This document shows positions 18,880 to 31,462 of a stretch of 64,000 nt of DNA, in pieces; the stretch's first letter is position 1, and every line of letters begins with the position of its first letter. Source of the DNA: Opitutales bacterium. GTDB taxonomy: Bacteria > Verrucomicrobiota > Verrucomicrobiia > Opitutales > T3Sed10-336. Under the pieces are notes generated by a model. The model was not told where the DNA came from. It did not search any database and saw only the letters and a list, made by a program, of their open reading frames with translations. The translations under genes were made by a program, and so were the position numbers. The stretch is from the NCBI GenBank assembly GCA_007130045.1, contig SLTG01000053.1, forward strand, positions 35,922-99,921, read 5' to 3'.

Positions 18880-19440
18880 CTATATCGACATTAATTCCTT
18901 TTCTTTATTTCGGTAGTGCTCGTCGATCTCCTTGATATACTTGTCGGTGGACTGCTGGACCTCTTTTTCGAATCGCTTCAAGTCATCTTCGGAAATCGCG
19001 CCGTCCTTTTGCTCGGCCTTCAGGGCATCCAGGGCGTCCCTGCGCGCGTGCCGAATTGAAACCCTGCCTTCCTCGGCCATGTTCTGCGCCACTTTAGCCA
19101 GTTCCTGGCGGCGTTCCCGGCTGAGTTCCGGGATCGGCAGGCGGATTACCCCGCTGTCCACCGCAGGATTAATCCCGAGTTTGGAGGTCTGAATGGCCTT
19201 CTCGATATCCTTCATGACGGACTTGTCCCAAGGCTGAATCTGGATCGTCCGGGCGTCGGGCGTCGTGATTGCCGCGACCTCCTTCAGGCGCATGTTGCTT
19301 CCGTAGGCATCCACCATGATGCTCTCCACCATGCCAGGGGAAGCCTTGCCGGTATGCAGCGAGTTGAATTCGCTCAGCGTGTGTTCAACCGCCTTCTTCA
19401 TTTTGGAGGACATCGACTTGATTGCAGAATGGTCGCTCAT
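18880..19440 (-). CDS. frr: Ribosome recycling factor
   Basis: 186 aa with typical RRF sequence (..IRLPIPELSRERRQELAK..VSIRHARRDA..). Adjacent to pyrH, as in most bacteria. Confidence 0.95.
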   Translation of the reverse strand: MSDHSAIKSMSSKMKKAVEHTLSEFNSLHTGKASPGMVESIMVDAYGSNMRLKEVAAITTPDARTIQIQPWDKSVMKDIEKAIQTSKLGINPAVDSGVIRLPIPELSRERRQELAKVAQNMAEEGRVSIRHARRDALDALKAEQKDGAISEDDLKRFEKEVQQSTDKYIKEIDEHYRNKEKELMSI

Positions 19441-19463
19441 GATGATTCGTATTCGGGATTGCG

Positions 19464-20246
19464 CTAAATGTTATGGACCAATGTACCGACTTTTTCGCCT
19501 TCGACAACCCTCCGGACAGCGTGCTCTTCGTTAAGATTGAAAACAATAATCGGAACGTTATTGTCAAGGCACAGCGAAAACGCCGTGGAATCCATGACAT
19601 TGAGCCGCTGCTTGAGGGCGGAAATAAATGAAAGTTCCTCGTAACGGACGGCGTCCTTATGTTTGCTTGGATCCTTGTCGTACACGCCGTCGACTTTGGT
19701 GGCCTTTAGGAGAACCTGGGCGTTGATTTCGCTAGCGCGAAGCGCCGCGGTAGTGTCCGTTGAGAAATACGGGTTTCCCGTGCCGGCGACAAAGATGACC
19801 ACGCGCCCCTTTTCAAGGTGGCGGGTGGCGCGGCGAAGAATAAAGGGCTCGGCAACCTGATTCATCGGGATCGAACTCATTACCCGCGTGACCACGCCCA
19901 TCTTCTCCAGGCAGTCCATGAGGGCAAGGCCATTGATAACGGTGGCGAGCATTCCCATGTAGTCGCCGGTCGTGCGATCGACGCCGCGACCCTCCCCGGA
20001 TAGACCGCGGAAAATGTTGCCGCCCCCGATCACCAGCCCGACCTGGACCCCCAACTCGCAGATCTCTTTGATCTGCGACGAAGTTTTTCTCAGTGTCTCG
20101 GGGTCGATCGCATCGCCGTTCCGAGGGCTGCGGAGAACCTCACCGCTCAGCTTAAGGATGATTCGATTGTACCGGACGGGAGTCGGCGCGCTGTTCTCTG
20201 GATGCATCAAGCTCATTATATAGAGCGAGTTTGGATCCGGAGTCAA
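19464..20246 (-). CDS. pyrH: UMP kinase
   Basis: [17 protein letters not shown] and [14 protein letters not shown] motifs. The true start may be an internal Met (20216 or 20207). Confidence 0.93.
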   Translation of the reverse strand: MTPDPNSLYIMSLMHPENSAPTPVRYNRIILKLSGEVLRSPRNGDAIDPETLRKTSSQIKEICELGVQVGLVIGGGNIFRGLSGEGRGVDRTTGDYMGMLATVINGLALMDCLEKMGVVTRVMSSIPMNQVAEPFILRRATRHLEKGRVVIFVAGTGNPYFSTDTTAALRASEINAQVLLKATKVDGVYDKDPSKHKDAVRYEELSFISALKQRLNVMDSTAFSLCLDNNVPIIVFNLNEEHAVRRVVEGEKVGTLVHNI

Positions 20247-20403
20247 CTTCAGGAATTCGCCGCGTCAAGCCGGGCGTGCGAGGCGAATATTTTCCCGAAT
20301 CGGTGAACGCGGCTTTTTCGTCCCCGATGCGCCGAATATCCGGATCAACTGACTTCGAGAACGGCGTTGCTTCATTCATCGGACGCGTTTTACTGGCGGG
20401 TAT

Positions 20404-21195
20404 ATGGATCGAATTGCCGAAACCTTTTCCCGAGCAAAAGACGAAGGACGGGCGTGTTTCGTCGCCTATGTTTGCGCGGGAGATCCCGATTTCGAGACGT
20501 CTCTGGAGATTTGCCGGACGCTCATCGAGAACGGGGTGGACATTCTTGAACTCGGGGCACCGTTTTCCGATCCTTTGGCCGACGGACCGACCAACCAGCT
20601 TGCCGCCCAGCGCGCGCTCGAAGGAGGGATGACGAGCGACCGGGTATTCGAGCTGGTTGAAGGGATCCGCGGGTTCAGCGAGGTCCCCGTGATCCTCTAC
20701 ACTTATTACAATCTGGTTTTCGCCCGGGGGGAAAGGGAGTACGTGGATCGCGCGGTCCGGGCGGGGGTGGATGGAATGCTCACGCTCGACCTGCCTCCGG
20801 AAGAGGCCGGGAGCCTCCTGGCGATTTCCCGCGAACGAGATATCAGGAACATTTTCATCATTGCGCCGACGACTCCTCCCGAACGAGTACGCACGATCGC
20901 GGACTCCGCAAGCGGGTTCCTGTATTATGTCTCGAGAGAAGGGGTCACCGGTGTGCAGGCCGAATTGGCCGGAAACCTGAAGGATGCCGTCGCCGCTATC
21001 CGGAAGGAGACTTCAATGCCGCTGGTCGTCGGTTTCGGGATCTCGACCGGCGAACAGGTTCGCCGGGTCGGCGAGCTCGCGGACGGAGTCGTTGTCGGAA
21101 GCGCGCTGGTCAACTGCATCAAGGACAACCTGGGAGACCGCGACGCCATTCTGAAGGCACTGCGGGCGAAGATGGGCGACTTGCGGGCCGGGTAA
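20404..21195 (+). CDS. trpA: Tryptophan synthase alpha chain
   Basis: ELGAPFSDPLADGP and GFGIS motifs. No trpB is adjacent. Confidence 0.93.
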   Translation: MDRIAETFSRAKDEGRACFVAYVCAGDPDFETSLEICRTLIENGVDILELGAPFSDPLADGPTNQLAAQRALEGGMTSDRVFELVEGIRGFSEVPVILYTYYNLVFARGEREYVDRAVRAGVDGMLTLDLPPEEAGSLLAISRERDIRNIFIIAPTTPPERVRTIADSASGFLYYVSREGVTGVQAELAGNLKDAVAAIRKETSMPLVVGFGISTGEQVRRVGELADGVVVGSALVNCIKDNLGDRDAILKALRAKMGDLRAG

Positions 21196-21210
21196 GGCAC
21201 CTCCCGAAAA

Positions 21211-21705
21211 TCAGCAGACGATGAGCGTACGTCGCGATGACGGAGTGGACCAGCGGCGCGCCAGCTCGCGGATGAACGCGACGGATTCGCTGTACTCGGC
21301 ACGCGCCTTCCGGGTCCAGCGTCCGCTGCGGGGACGGACCGCTTCCGCAAGATTGGCGACGAGCAGGGTGGCGTGCGGCTCCGCCGCCATACCCTTCAGG
21401 AGCGAGATCAACTCCCTTCGAGCCCAGAGAGGCGAGAACCCTTCGCGATGAGCATTGGCGTCCCAGTACTGAAACGCCCCGCCGGTGTTTCGCCGTTTCC
21501 GTTTCAATGCCATCACCGCGCGGCAGAAGCGCCCGTATTCGTTTTCCGAGGCGTCGAGCGGTGTTTCTTCAAGCACCGCCTCCACCGCGCGGCGAATCTG
21601 GTCCGCGTAGAACAGATCGTTCCCGGTGATCTCCGGGAAGACGCTGTTGATGAAATAAAGTTTCTTGAGATTATGCCTGGATGTCATCGGGCTTTGCTTT
21701 TTCAC
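21211..21705 (-). CDS. Hypothetical protein (164 aa), translationally coupled to nrdR
   Basis: The GTG start overlaps the nrdR stop (GTGA, 21702-21705); an alternative ATG lies at 21687. I recognise no family. Confidence 0.5.
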   Translation of the reverse strand: MKKQSPMTSRHNLKKLYFINSVFPEITGNDLFYADQIRRAVEAVLEETPLDASENEYGRFCRAVMALKRKRRNTGGAFQYWDANAHREGFSPLWARRELISLLKGMAAEPHATLLVANLAEAVRPRSGRWTRKARAEYSESVAFIRELARRWSTPSSRRTLIVC

Positions 21706-22145
21706 ATCTTCCGCAGTTCCTCCGCGAAGTCGGAGACGTCGTGAAAATCCTTGTAAACGCTTGCGAAACGAACGTAGGCGATTTTGTCGACCGGTTTCAA
21801 TTTCTCCATGACGATCTCTCCGATCGCCCGGCTGGGGATTTCCTTCCCGTATTCGGACTCCAGCTTCGCCATTACGTCGGACACAATCATATTGAGCTGT
21901 TCGAGGTCAACCGGACGTTTTTCACAAGCCTTGCGCAGCCCGCCGAGAAGTTTGTTGCGGTCGAAGTCTTCGGAACCGCCGTCGCGCTTGATGACGACGA
22001 GGTCTTCGTGAACGATTTCCTCCGCGGTCGTGAAGCGGTAACCGCACCCGAGACATTCGCGGCGGCGGCGAATCACGCTGCCGTCCCTGCTGATCCGGGA
22101 GTCGATCACTTTGTTGTCGGTGGATGAGCAGCGGGTGCAGCGCAT
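21702..22145 (-). CDS. nrdR: Transcriptional repressor NrdR
   Basis: Zinc ribbon MRCTRCSSTDNKVIDSR..CLGCGYRFTT plus an ATP-cone domain. Confidence 0.93.
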   Translation of the reverse strand: MRCTRCSSTDNKVIDSRISRDGSVIRRRRECLGCGYRFTTAEEIVHEDLVVIKRDGGSEDFDRNKLLGGLRKACEKRPVDLEQLNMIVSDVMAKLESEYGKEIPSRAIGEIVMEKLKPVDKIAYVRFASVYKDFHDVSDFAEELRKM

Positions 22146-22151
22146 TGTCTG

Positions 22152-22715
22152 TCAGAGTTTGAGGAAATTCTCAAGCAGTTGGATGCCATGTTCGGTGGCG
22201 AGAGACTCCGGGTGAAACTGGACTCCCCAGATCGGCATCGACTTGTGGCGGAGTCCCATTATCTCGCCTTCCTTCGTCTGTGCGGTCATTTCGAGACAGT
22301 CGGGAAATCCTTCCCGGTCAACGATCAACGAATGATACCGGGTGGCTTCAAAAGGGGACGGGATGTCCTCGAATATTTCTTTTCCGCCATGTTCGATGGG
22401 AGAGGTCTTGCCGTGCATAAGCCGGGGGGCGCGCACGACTTTGCCCCCGAAATACTGGCCGATGCACTGGTGCCCGAGGCAGACCCCGAATAGCGGCTTT
22501 TTCCCCGCGAACGTTCCGATCATATCCAGACTGACGCCGGCTTCATTCGGCGAGCAGGGACCCGGAGAAATCAACACGTGATCCGGATCCAGCGCCAGGG
22601 CTTCTTCGGGCGTAATCTCGTTGTTCCGGTAAACCTTTTGGTCGACGCCGATTTCGCCGAAATATTGGACCAGATTATAAGTGAACGAATCGAAATTATC
22701 GATTACAAGAAGCAT
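22152..22715 (-). CDS. trpG: Anthranilate/aminodeoxychorismate synthase glutamine amidotransferase component
   Basis: [19 protein letters not shown], catalytic GVCLGHQ and HPES motifs. The start is taken at the Met at 22715. Confidence 0.9.
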   Translation of the reverse strand: MLLVIDNFDSFTYNLVQYFGEIGVDQKVYRNNEITPEEALALDPDHVLISPGPCSPNEAGVSLDMIGTFAGKKPLFGVCLGHQCIGQYFGGKVVRAPRLMHGKTSPIEHGGKEIFEDIPSPFEATRYHSLIVDREGFPDCLEMTAQTKEGEIMGLRHKSMPIWGVQFHPESLATEHGIQLLENFLKL

Positions 22716-22789
22716 GGAGAAATCCCGTAATGAGACCGAAAACGGGCCTAGCCGATTGCGCATTTACGCAAAATCGAGTTCATAAATGA

Positions 22790-23995
<1,206 letters not shown>

Positions 23996-24191
23996 ATAAG
24001 ACGGAAAACCGGATTTTAGTAGAGTTCCTTTCGCATACGATTATCGCGGCGCTCGGCACCGGCTTTCCGCCGCTTCGGTCCGTTTGTCACGGGCTGAGGG
24101 ATTCGCCGTTACTGCAACAAACGGCGTTCCGATTTGTCGGTTGCCATTGGAGCCTCGATTTGCGTTATTTGAACTTCAGTATTCACGAAAA

Positions 24192-27170
24192 ATGATTTCC
24201 AGTATTATCAAGAGAATCTCAGGACGGCAGCATAGGAAGTTCCTTAAGGAAGCGAAGCCGATCGTCGAAAAGACCAACCGCTTCGAGGAATCGTATCAGA
24301 GCCTGTCCGACGACGAACTCCGCAACAAAACGCAGGAGTTACGCGATCGCCACTCCGCCGGAGAATCCCTCGATGACCTGTTGCCGGAGGCGTTCGCCGC
24401 AGTCAAGAACGCCGCGAGAAGGCTGAAGGGACGACCGATCACCGTCACCGGAAAGGAAATGGTATGGGACATGGTGCATTTCGACGTTCAGCTCATCGGC
24501 GGCTACGCACTGCACCATTGCAAGATCGCCGAGATGGCGACGGGGGAGGGGAAAACGCTCGTCGCAACGCTCCCGCTCTACCTGAACGCGATTTCCGGCA
24601 AGAATTGCCAGCTCGTCACCGTCAACGACTACCTGGCCAAGCGGGATTCCGAGTGGATGGGCTATGTCTATGAGTTTCTCGGCCTCACTGTCGGCTGCAT
24701 ACAGAACGCCATGCCTCCCTCCGAGCGCAAGGAAATGTACGCGCGCGACATTACCTACGGCACCGCTTCGGAGTTCGGGTTCGATTACCTGCGCGACAAC
24801 GGCATGGCCACCCGGAAGGAGGACCAGGTCCAGCGCGACCATTTCTTCGTCATCATCGACGAGGTCGATTCAATCCTCGTCGACGAAGCGAGGACGCCCT
24901 TGATCATTTCCGGTCCCGCACCGGTGGATCGTCAACGGCCTTTCGTGGAACACCGCAACGCGGTCGCGGGGCTGGTCAATGATCAATCCATCCTCTGCAA
25001 CCGCTTTATCAGCGAGGCGAAGCAGGAACTGGAGAAGGGCGACGGTGATGAGCGGATGGCCGCCCTCAAGATGCTTCAGGTCAAACAGGGGATGCCGAAA
25101 AACAAGCAGCTCCTCCGTCTGATGGAGATCCCGGAGTACCGGCGCCTTCTCGACAAAATCGACCTGGAGATGGGCAGCGACTTCAATAAGAAGATTATGT
25201 ACGGCCTGAAGGAGGAGCTCTATTATATTCTCGATGAAAAGCAGCACCAGGCCGACCTGACCGAAAAAGGCCGCGAACGCCTGAGGCCCGACAATCCCGA
25301 CGCATTCGTCATGCCGGACCTTCCCGGTATGTACATGGAGATTGATGCCCGGGATTCCACCCCCGAAGAGAAGGAGAAAGCGAAGGCCGACGCCCAGGAG
25401 ACGTTCGAGAAGATCAGTGAGGATATCCACGTGATCAGCCAGCTTCTTCGCGCCTACTCCCTCTACGAGCGCGACGTGGAATACGTCGTTCAGGACGGCA
25501 AGGTCGTGATCGTGGACGAAAACACCGGGCGCCTCATGCCTGGCCGGCGCTGGGGGGACGGCCTTCACCAGGCCGTAGAGGCCAAGGAGAACGTCACCAT
25601 CGAAAAGGAAACGCGCACCTTCGCCACGGTCACCATTCAGAACTACTTCCGCATGTACGCGAAGCTCTCGGGAATGACCGGGACCGCCGAGACCGAGGCG
25701 ACCGAGTTTTTCGACATCTACAAGATGAAGGTCGTGGTCGTTCCGCCGAACAAACCCTGCCAGCGGATCGATCTGAACGATGTTATTTACAAAACCCGGC
25801 GCGAGAAATACAACTCCGTTCTGGCCGACATCAAGGAGGCCCACGGCAAAGGCCAGCCGGTCCTCGTGGGGACGGCTTCGGTCGAGTCATCCGAACTCCT
25901 AAGCCGAATGTTCCGCCGGTCCAACATTCCGCACAACGTTCTCAACGCGAAGTTTCACCAGCAGGAGGCTGAAATCGTTTCGCGGGCCGGCATGCGCGGG
26001 GCGGTGACCATCGCCACGAATATGGCGGGTCGCGGAACCGACATCAAACTCGGCGAGGGCATCCAGGACCTGGGCGGCCTCCTGGTGCTGGGGACCGAGC
26101 GGCACGAGTCGCGTCGAATCGACCGGCAGCTCCGCGGCCGTTGCGCCCGCCAGGGAGACCCGGGGATGTCGAAGTTCTACGTTTCGCTCGAAGACGACCT
26201 CATGAGGCTTTTCGCCAATTCCGGCCCCATGGCCAAGATAATGGAAAGGGCCATGGGGGAGGGGGAGGATCTCCAGCATCCACTCCTCAACCGTTCCATC
26301 GAGTCCGCGCAGAAGAAGGTCGAGCAGCAGAATTACGCCATTCGCAAACGGCTTCTCCAGTACGACGACGTTCTTAGTCAGCAACGCGAGGTCATCTACG
26401 AATTACGCAACGACGCCCTCCACAGCGATACGCCGATCGAGGTTATTTTCGAGATGATCGACGAGGAGTTGGCCGAGCGGCTCGCGGAAGCCGGGTACGG
26501 CGGGAAAGAGGCGCCGCCTTCCAGCGAGCTCGAAGGTCTCGTCGGTTGGGTCAACACCCACTTCCCGGTCGCGGTCAAACTTGAAGAGATCGAGGGAAAA
26601 TCGCAGGAGGATGTGCGCGTTCTTATCAAGGACCGGATCAACAAGGCCTACGAGATCAAGTGCTCGGTGGAGAATCCGGACGCCATCCTGATGCTCGAAC
26701 GCTACGTTCTTCTGCGCGCGATCGATCGCCACTGGCAGCAGCACCTGACCGAGATGGAGGAACTCCGCCGCAGCGTCGGATTGCGCGGATACGGGCAGAA
26801 GGATCCTCTGATGGAGTACAAGGGTGAGGCATTCAAGTTCTTTTCCGAACTCATGGACAACGTTCGGCGCGACATCTGCACCGGTCTTTTTCGTTCCGCG
26901 AGCAACATCAAGGCGTTCGAAAACATGCTGGCCAACCTCTCGCGCAACGCGCGGGTCCAGGGGCCGGGAAGCGAGACGACAACCGGAAGCGGCGTGCAAC
27001 AGACCGCCGCGACGTTTTCCGGAGGCGGCAGCGGTACCGGACGAAAGGAAGTCAAGCTCCCCAAGGTCACCGTCAAACGCCAGGCGCCCAAAGTCGGCCG
27101 CAACGATCCCTGCCCGTGCGGCAGCGGCAAGAAATACAAGAAATGCTGCGGCGCTCTCCAGTCGGCGTAG
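24192..27170 (+). CDS. secA: Preprotein translocase ATPase SecA
   Basis: MATGEGKTL Walker A, DEVD box [21 protein letters not shown] and C-terminal zinc SEC-C motif [14 protein letters not shown]. The start is taken at MISSIIKRI (24192). Confidence 0.97.
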   Translation: MISSIIKRISGRQHRKFLKEAKPIVEKTNRFEESYQSLSDDELRNKTQELRDRHSAGESLDDLLPEAFAAVKNAARRLKGRPITVTGKEMVWDMVHFDVQLIGGYALHHCKIAEMATGEGKTLVATLPLYLNAISGKNCQLVTVNDYLAKRDSEWMGYVYEFLGLTVGCIQNAMPPSERKEMYARDITYGTASEFGFDYLRDNGMATRKEDQVQRDHFFVIIDEVDSILVDEARTPLIISGPAPVDRQRPFVEHRNAVAGLVNDQSILCNRFISEAKQELEKGDGDERMAALKMLQVKQGMPKNKQLLRLMEIPEYRRLLDKIDLEMGSDFNKKIMYGLKEELYYILDEKQHQADLTEKGRERLRPDNPDAFVMPDLPGMYMEIDARDSTPEEKEKAKADAQETFEKISEDIHVISQLLRAYSLYERDVEYVVQDGKVVIVDENTGRLMPGRRWGDGLHQAVEAKENVTIEKETRTFATVTIQNYFRMYAKLSGMTGTAETEATEFFDIYKMKVVVVPPNKPCQRIDLNDVIYKTRREKYNSVLADIKEAHGKGQPVLVGTASVESSELLSRMFRRSNIPHNVLNAKFHQQEAEIVSRAGMRGAVTIATNMAGRGTDIKLGEGIQDLGGLLVLGTERHESRRIDRQLRGRCARQGDPGMSKFYVSLEDDLMRLFANSGPMAKIMERAMGEGEDLQHPLLNRSIESAQKKVEQQNYAIRKRLLQYDDVLSQQREVIYELRNDALHSDTPIEVIFEMIDEELAERLAEAGYGGKEAPPSSELEGLVGWVNTHFPVAVKLEEIEGKSQEDVRVLIKDRINKAYEIKCSVENPDAILMLERYVLLRAIDRHWQQHLTEMEELRRSVGLRGYGQKDPLMEYKGEAFKFFSELMDNVRRDICTGLFRSASNIKAFENMLANLSRNARVQGPGSETTTGSGVQQTAATFSGGGSGTGRKEVKLPKVTVKRQAPKVGRNDPCPCGSGKKYKKCCGALQSA

Positions 27171-27336
27171 CGCGGAGCGCGGGTCGAGTGTCGCGGGGCG
27201 AGAAGTGAATGTTAACTGTCAACGGACGAATGGATGAGGAACCGGTGCGGGTTGGGCGCGTTTGGGGCTTATAAGAGAAGCGATCGCTTCATCCCCTCGA
27301 CCCTCGCCTCCCGGCCCTCTTTCCCCACATTGACCC

Positions 27337-28962
27337 GTGATCGGTGAAAGCCTGAAGCTCGACGAGGCCGGGAAGCAACCCTCCGTTACCGGAGGTTTCC
27401 GCTTCGCGTGGCCCGTGGCGGTGTGCGTTCTGACCGCTCTTCTGACCGTCATCGCCTTTCCTCCTTTCAACGTCGCGGAGGCCGCTTACGTGTTCGCCGT
27501 TCCCGCCCTGTTGTGGTTTTGGCGGGGCCCCTCGTTCCGGCAGGCGCTGCTCGTGCTTTTCACCAGCCATTTCATCGTCTGGCTGATCCTGATCTACTGG
27601 CTGCGGCACGTGACTTACCCGGGATTCGTTTTTGCGTCCGCGCTGCTCGGGTTGTACGCCTCGGTCTGGTACCTGGCGGCCTGGCGGTGGCTGCCCGCGC
27701 TTCGCGACCGCGAGTGGCGTCACCGGCTCGTCGTCCTCGCCGGACTGGCGGGGCTCTGGGTAGTGCTGGAGTGGATACGATCGTTCTTTCTCAGCGGTTT
27801 TCCCTGGCTCACCCTTGCCGCGAGCCAGTGGGAGCGGCCGCTGTTGCTCCAAGTGGCCGCGTGGACCGGGGCCTACGGACTTTCCTTCGTGTTCATCTTC
27901 TTCAACCTTGCCCTGGCGTCCTACTTTTACCGGATGATGCGCTTTTACCGCCAGGGGTGGCGCCGCCTGGCGCCCGAGTTTTACATCGCGCTCGGATTGC
28001 TGCTCGCGGTGGGATTCGGATCTTACCGCGCAAGTATCGCCCACGGCCAGGACCGGGAGGCGATGTTCCGGACGGGAATCGTCCACCCCGATATTCCCCA
28101 GGATATCAAATGGGATCGCGCGCACGCCGCCGAGATCCTGGGGATCCTCGAACGTGAAACGCTTTTGCTCACCGGCCTGGAGCCCGACCTGATCGTCTGG
28201 CCCGAGGCGGTGATCCCGATTCCGCTGGTCGGCCGGCCCTTCAGCGGTTTCTGGGTCGAAGGCGTCGCGCGTGAAGCGGGTGTTCCGTTGTTGGTCGGGT
28301 CGATGGCGGACGAATCGGACGACCCTTCCGGCGACTCGGACTGGCGCAACGCGGCGTTCCTGGTCGATCCCGAGGAAGGGGTCGCGCCCGCTTTCTACAG
28401 CAAGCGCAAGCTCGTGCCGTTCGGGGAGTACATTCCATTCCATTCGCTTTGGCCTTGGATGTCGCGAATCGTTCCGATCGGCGGCAACATTCGACCGGGG
28501 GAATCCGACGCGCCGCTCATCGTTCAGGCGAACGGACGGGAATGGGCCGCGGGAGTGCTGATCTGTTACGAAGACGTCTTCCCGGCGCTCGCCCGCAGGA
28601 CTGTAAGGGAGGGCGCGGATTTTCTCGCGGTCATCAGCAACAACGCCTGGTACGGGAAAGAGGGAATGCCCGCACAGCACGCCGCCCACTCGGTGCTCCG
28701 CGCGGTCGAAAACCGGCGTCCTGTCATTCGCAGCACGAACCGGGGATGGAGCGGATGGATCGACGAGTACGGCAACGTGCGCGAAGTGATGCTCGACCGC
28801 GACGGCAGCGTTTTCTACCGCGGCGGAACGGCGTTTCTCCTCCATCACGACCCCCACTGGGCCAATCGGAAAAGCTTCTACACCCGCTACGGCGACTGGT
28901 TCGTCGCCGCCTCAGCCGTCCTCCTCCTTCTCGCCCTCGCCCGCGAACGATTCAGCAGGTAG
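27337..28962 (+). CDS. lnt: Apolipoprotein N-acyltransferase
   Basis: Polytopic N-terminal half, then a CN-hydrolase domain with LICYEDVFP and NNAWYG. Confidence 0.9.
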   Translation: MIGESLKLDEAGKQPSVTGGFRFAWPVAVCVLTALLTVIAFPPFNVAEAAYVFAVPALLWFWRGPSFRQALLVLFTSHFIVWLILIYWLRHVTYPGFVFASALLGLYASVWYLAAWRWLPALRDREWRHRLVVLAGLAGLWVVLEWIRSFFLSGFPWLTLAASQWERPLLLQVAAWTGAYGLSFVFIFFNLALASYFYRMMRFYRQGWRRLAPEFYIALGLLLAVGFGSYRASIAHGQDREAMFRTGIVHPDIPQDIKWDRAHAAEILGILERETLLLTGLEPDLIVWPEAVIPIPLVGRPFSGFWVEGVAREAGVPLLVGSMADESDDPSGDSDWRNAAFLVDPEEGVAPAFYSKRKLVPFGEYIPFHSLWPWMSRIVPIGGNIRPGESDAPLIVQANGREWAAGVLICYEDVFPALARRTVREGADFLAVISNNAWYGKEGMPAQHAAHSVLRAVENRRPVIRSTNRGWSGWIDEYGNVREVMLDRDGSVFYRGGTAFLLHHDPHWANRKSFYTRYGDWFVAASAVLLLLALARERFSR

Positions 28963-29094
28963 ATGGAATCATCGTTGACGCTTTGCCCGGCGAGCGCGGG
29001 CAGTTGCGGATTCCCGGTGGAGTCGGGGCCCTGTCGGCTTCGGGCCTAAAGTTGGCGGGCATCGTTCCTGGCTTGCCGGGGGGCGCGGGTGAGA

Positions 29095-31374
29095 TCAATT
29101 GCGTCGCCGAAAGACCTCGAAAAGGCTTGAATAGCTGTCGGTCCAGACGCGGATATTATTGTCTTCAGGAAGTTGCTGCCAGCGGGGGTCCCTGAGAAAT
29201 GGCGCCAGAGTTTCGAGGTCTTCAGCCATGACAATCCATTCGGACGGATGTTTTCCTTCGAGTTCCTGCGCCGGGGATACGTTGATGTCGTCCTGAAAAA
29301 CGTGATACAGGCCCGCGTCATAGGCGAGGTTCGCGGCCAAGGGGCCCAGGTCGAGGTGGCGGTTGGAGATGTGGAACGCCAGCAGTCCGCGGGGCGCGAG
29401 TTTGTTCCTGTAAAGCCGGACGGCCTCGCGGGTCAGCAGGTGAACCGGAATCGCGTCGGAGCTGTACGCGTCGAGGACGATCAGGCCGTAGTGCCGGTCG
29501 GGCGATCGTTCGAGGGATAGACGCGCGTCGCCGAGAACCACTTCGATATTCGCGCGCGAATCGTCGAGAAACGTAAAATACCGGGCGTCGCGGGCGATGC
29601 GCTCGACGGCGGGATCAATTTCATAAAACCGCCATTCCTCGCCCGGATGTCCGTACGCCGCAAGCGCGCCGGTGCCGAGTCCGACCATTGCGATCCGGTC
29701 GTTGGGAAATCTGGCGAACGCCTCGAATACCTGTCCCATCGGTCCGGTGCGATGGTAATAGGCGAGGGGCTCTCCGCGCCGTTCGGGGTCGCGGCTCTGC
29801 TTGCCGTGAAAGGTGTTGCCGTGAATCAGGCGGAAGAACCGCGCTTCGCGGTCCATGGTGACGCGGTGTACGCCGAAGAAGGTGCGTTCGGCGTACACGG
29901 TGCGTCCATGACCGCCATCGACCGTGTAACCCGCCAAGAGAACGGCGCCCACTGCCAGTCCGAAACGAATCGGCTGGCGCGAGCACAGGAAACACAGCAC
30001 GGCGGGTATTGCGGCGAGCAAGGCGCGAGCGGGAGGAGATCCTTCCGGCAACGCAAGCCAATGGTCGCCGGCAAGGAAAAGAACGGCGGTCAGGAGACCG
30101 AGTCCTGCCGGTATCAGAAAGTCGGATGCACGAAAATCACGGTAACGACGTACATTCGTCCCCAACAATCCGAACAGGCAGGCGAGGGAGATGGCGATCG
30201 GATATTCGGCGACTTCAGTGAAAAGAAACGGTGCGACCAACGCGTTGAACGCTCCGCCGAGAACGCCTCCGGTCGAAAGGCAGAGGTAAAACACGGTGAG
30301 GTGTCGCGCGGGCGGACGGGACGCCGCCAGTTCGCCATGACAGACCATCGCCGCGATGAAGAAAGCGGCGAGGCTGATCGACGTGATTCCGACAATCGGT
30401 TCGCTGCTTCCGGTGATTAGAATGAAGATCAGGGGGATCGCGGCAATCGGGAGCAGGCGTCGCATCATTAGGTGCGGGAGCAGCTTCCTTTTGCTGAAGA
30501 CGAGTATGAACGTTGCGAGGTAAAGCGAAAGCGGAATGACCCAGAGCAGAGGAACGGACGCGAGGTCGGTTGTGATATAGGTGGTCACACCAAGCATCAG
30601 GCTGCACGGGATAAAGGCGAGGAGCATCCAGAATGCCCTCAAGCCCCACGAGGGCGCCTCCGAGGGTGCTGGACCGGCCGCCGCGTCCGTCGCCGGCGAA
30701 GGAATCGCCGCGCGCGCGCGGATGACTCCGCGTGCGCAGAGGGCCGTAAGGATGAAAGCGATTCCGTAACCCCACGACCAGGCTCTTCCCTGCGCTTCCA
30801 GCGTGAGGTTGGGTTCGACGAGGAGCGGGTAGCTTAGGAGCGCCAGCACGCTTCCAGCGTTGCTTGCGGCATACAGAAAGTAGGGATCGCCCGCCGAGGG
30901 GTGCGGAGTTGCCGAATACCACCTTTGGAGGACCGGGCTGCTCGTGGCGACCGCGAAGAACGGGATTCCGACGCCGAACATAAGCAGCATCAGGAGCCAG
31001 GCAATCGGGTTGGTATCGGTCGGAGGGAGCCAGCCCTCGGGTACGGCGATCGGAAAGAACAGGAAGGGGATGGCGAGCACCCCCATGTGCAGCCAGAGAT
31101 GGCGGCGAACCCCGAGACGGCTCAGGCTCCAGTGCGCGTAGGCGTACCCGGCCAGAAGAGCCGCCTGGTAAAACACCATCGCCGTGTTCCAGACCGCCGG
31201 TGAGCCGCCGAGCAGAGGCAGCGCCATCCGTGCGAACATCGGCTGGAGCCAGAAGAGCAACGTGGCGCAAAAGAAGCTGTTGATTACGAAAACAAGAAGA
31301 ATCAAGGCGGATGAAGGATCGGTGTCGGTTTCGGTGCGGTCCAAGCAGAAACGATTTCCCGACAACGGATCCAT
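29095..31374 (-). CDS. Fused polytopic membrane domain / spermidine synthase-like methyltransferase-fold protein (759 aa)
   Basis: About 480 aa of hydrophobic helices followed by a spermidine-synthase-like C-terminus (IAMVGLGTGALA, LIVLDAYSSDAIPVHLLTREA). Confidence 0.8.
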   Translation of the reverse strand: MDPLSGNRFCLDRTETDTDPSSALILLVFVINSFFCATLLFWLQPMFARMALPLLGGSPAVWNTAMVFYQAALLAGYAYAHWSLSRLGVRRHLWLHMGVLAIPFLFFPIAVPEGWLPPTDTNPIAWLLMLLMFGVGIPFFAVATSSPVLQRWYSATPHPSAGDPYFLYAASNAGSVLALLSYPLLVEPNLTLEAQGRAWSWGYGIAFILTALCARGVIRARAAIPSPATDAAAGPAPSEAPSWGLRAFWMLLAFIPCSLMLGVTTYITTDLASVPLLWVIPLSLYLATFILVFSKRKLLPHLMMRRLLPIAAIPLIFILITGSSEPIVGITSISLAAFFIAAMVCHGELAASRPPARHLTVFYLCLSTGGVLGGAFNALVAPFLFTEVAEYPIAISLACLFGLLGTNVRRYRDFRASDFLIPAGLGLLTAVLFLAGDHWLALPEGSPPARALLAAIPAVLCFLCSRQPIRFGLAVGAVLLAGYTVDGGHGRTVYAERTFFGVHRVTMDREARFFRLIHGNTFHGKQSRDPERRGEPLAYYHRTGPMGQVFEAFARFPNDRIAMVGLGTGALAAYGHPGEEWRFYEIDPAVERIARDARYFTFLDDSRANIEVVLGDARLSLERSPDRHYGLIVLDAYSSDAIPVHLLTREAVRLYRNKLAPRGLLAFHISNRHLDLGPLAANLAYDAGLYHVFQDDINVSPAQELEGKHPSEWIVMAEDLETLAPFLRDPRWQQLPEDNNIRVWTDSYSSLFEVFRRRN

Positions 31375-31462
31375 TTCAACGCTATTTGTCCGTCTGCCTC
31401 AAGGCTGGGCGTCACTCCGGGCGACGGGAAATTTCCTTTTGGAGCCTTCGAGGCGGGATCTG

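Noticed and set aside
24084-24191. N-terminal extensions suggested by the ORF track for secA, and similarly for tgt (22790), trpG (22763), oppA (48292), comM (49682), the 2-HADH gene (56047), ribBA (62762), the fasciclin gene (43653) and OsmC (49867)
   Set aside because: The extensions lack homology to the respective families. Internal Met or GTG codons give N-termini that match the canonical family starts or signal peptides.
27289-28857. 522-aa minus-strand ORF opposite lnt
   Set aside because: The plus-strand frame has the Lnt CN-hydrolase motifs. The antisense product is Arg/Pro/Gly-rich junk.
31184-31462. 5' part of the 203-aa plus-strand ORF overlapping the start of the spermidine-synthase-like gene
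   Set aside because: It overlaps a confident minus-strand gene by ~190 nt. Only the distal part (from 31463) lies in the intergenic space and has plausible coding character.
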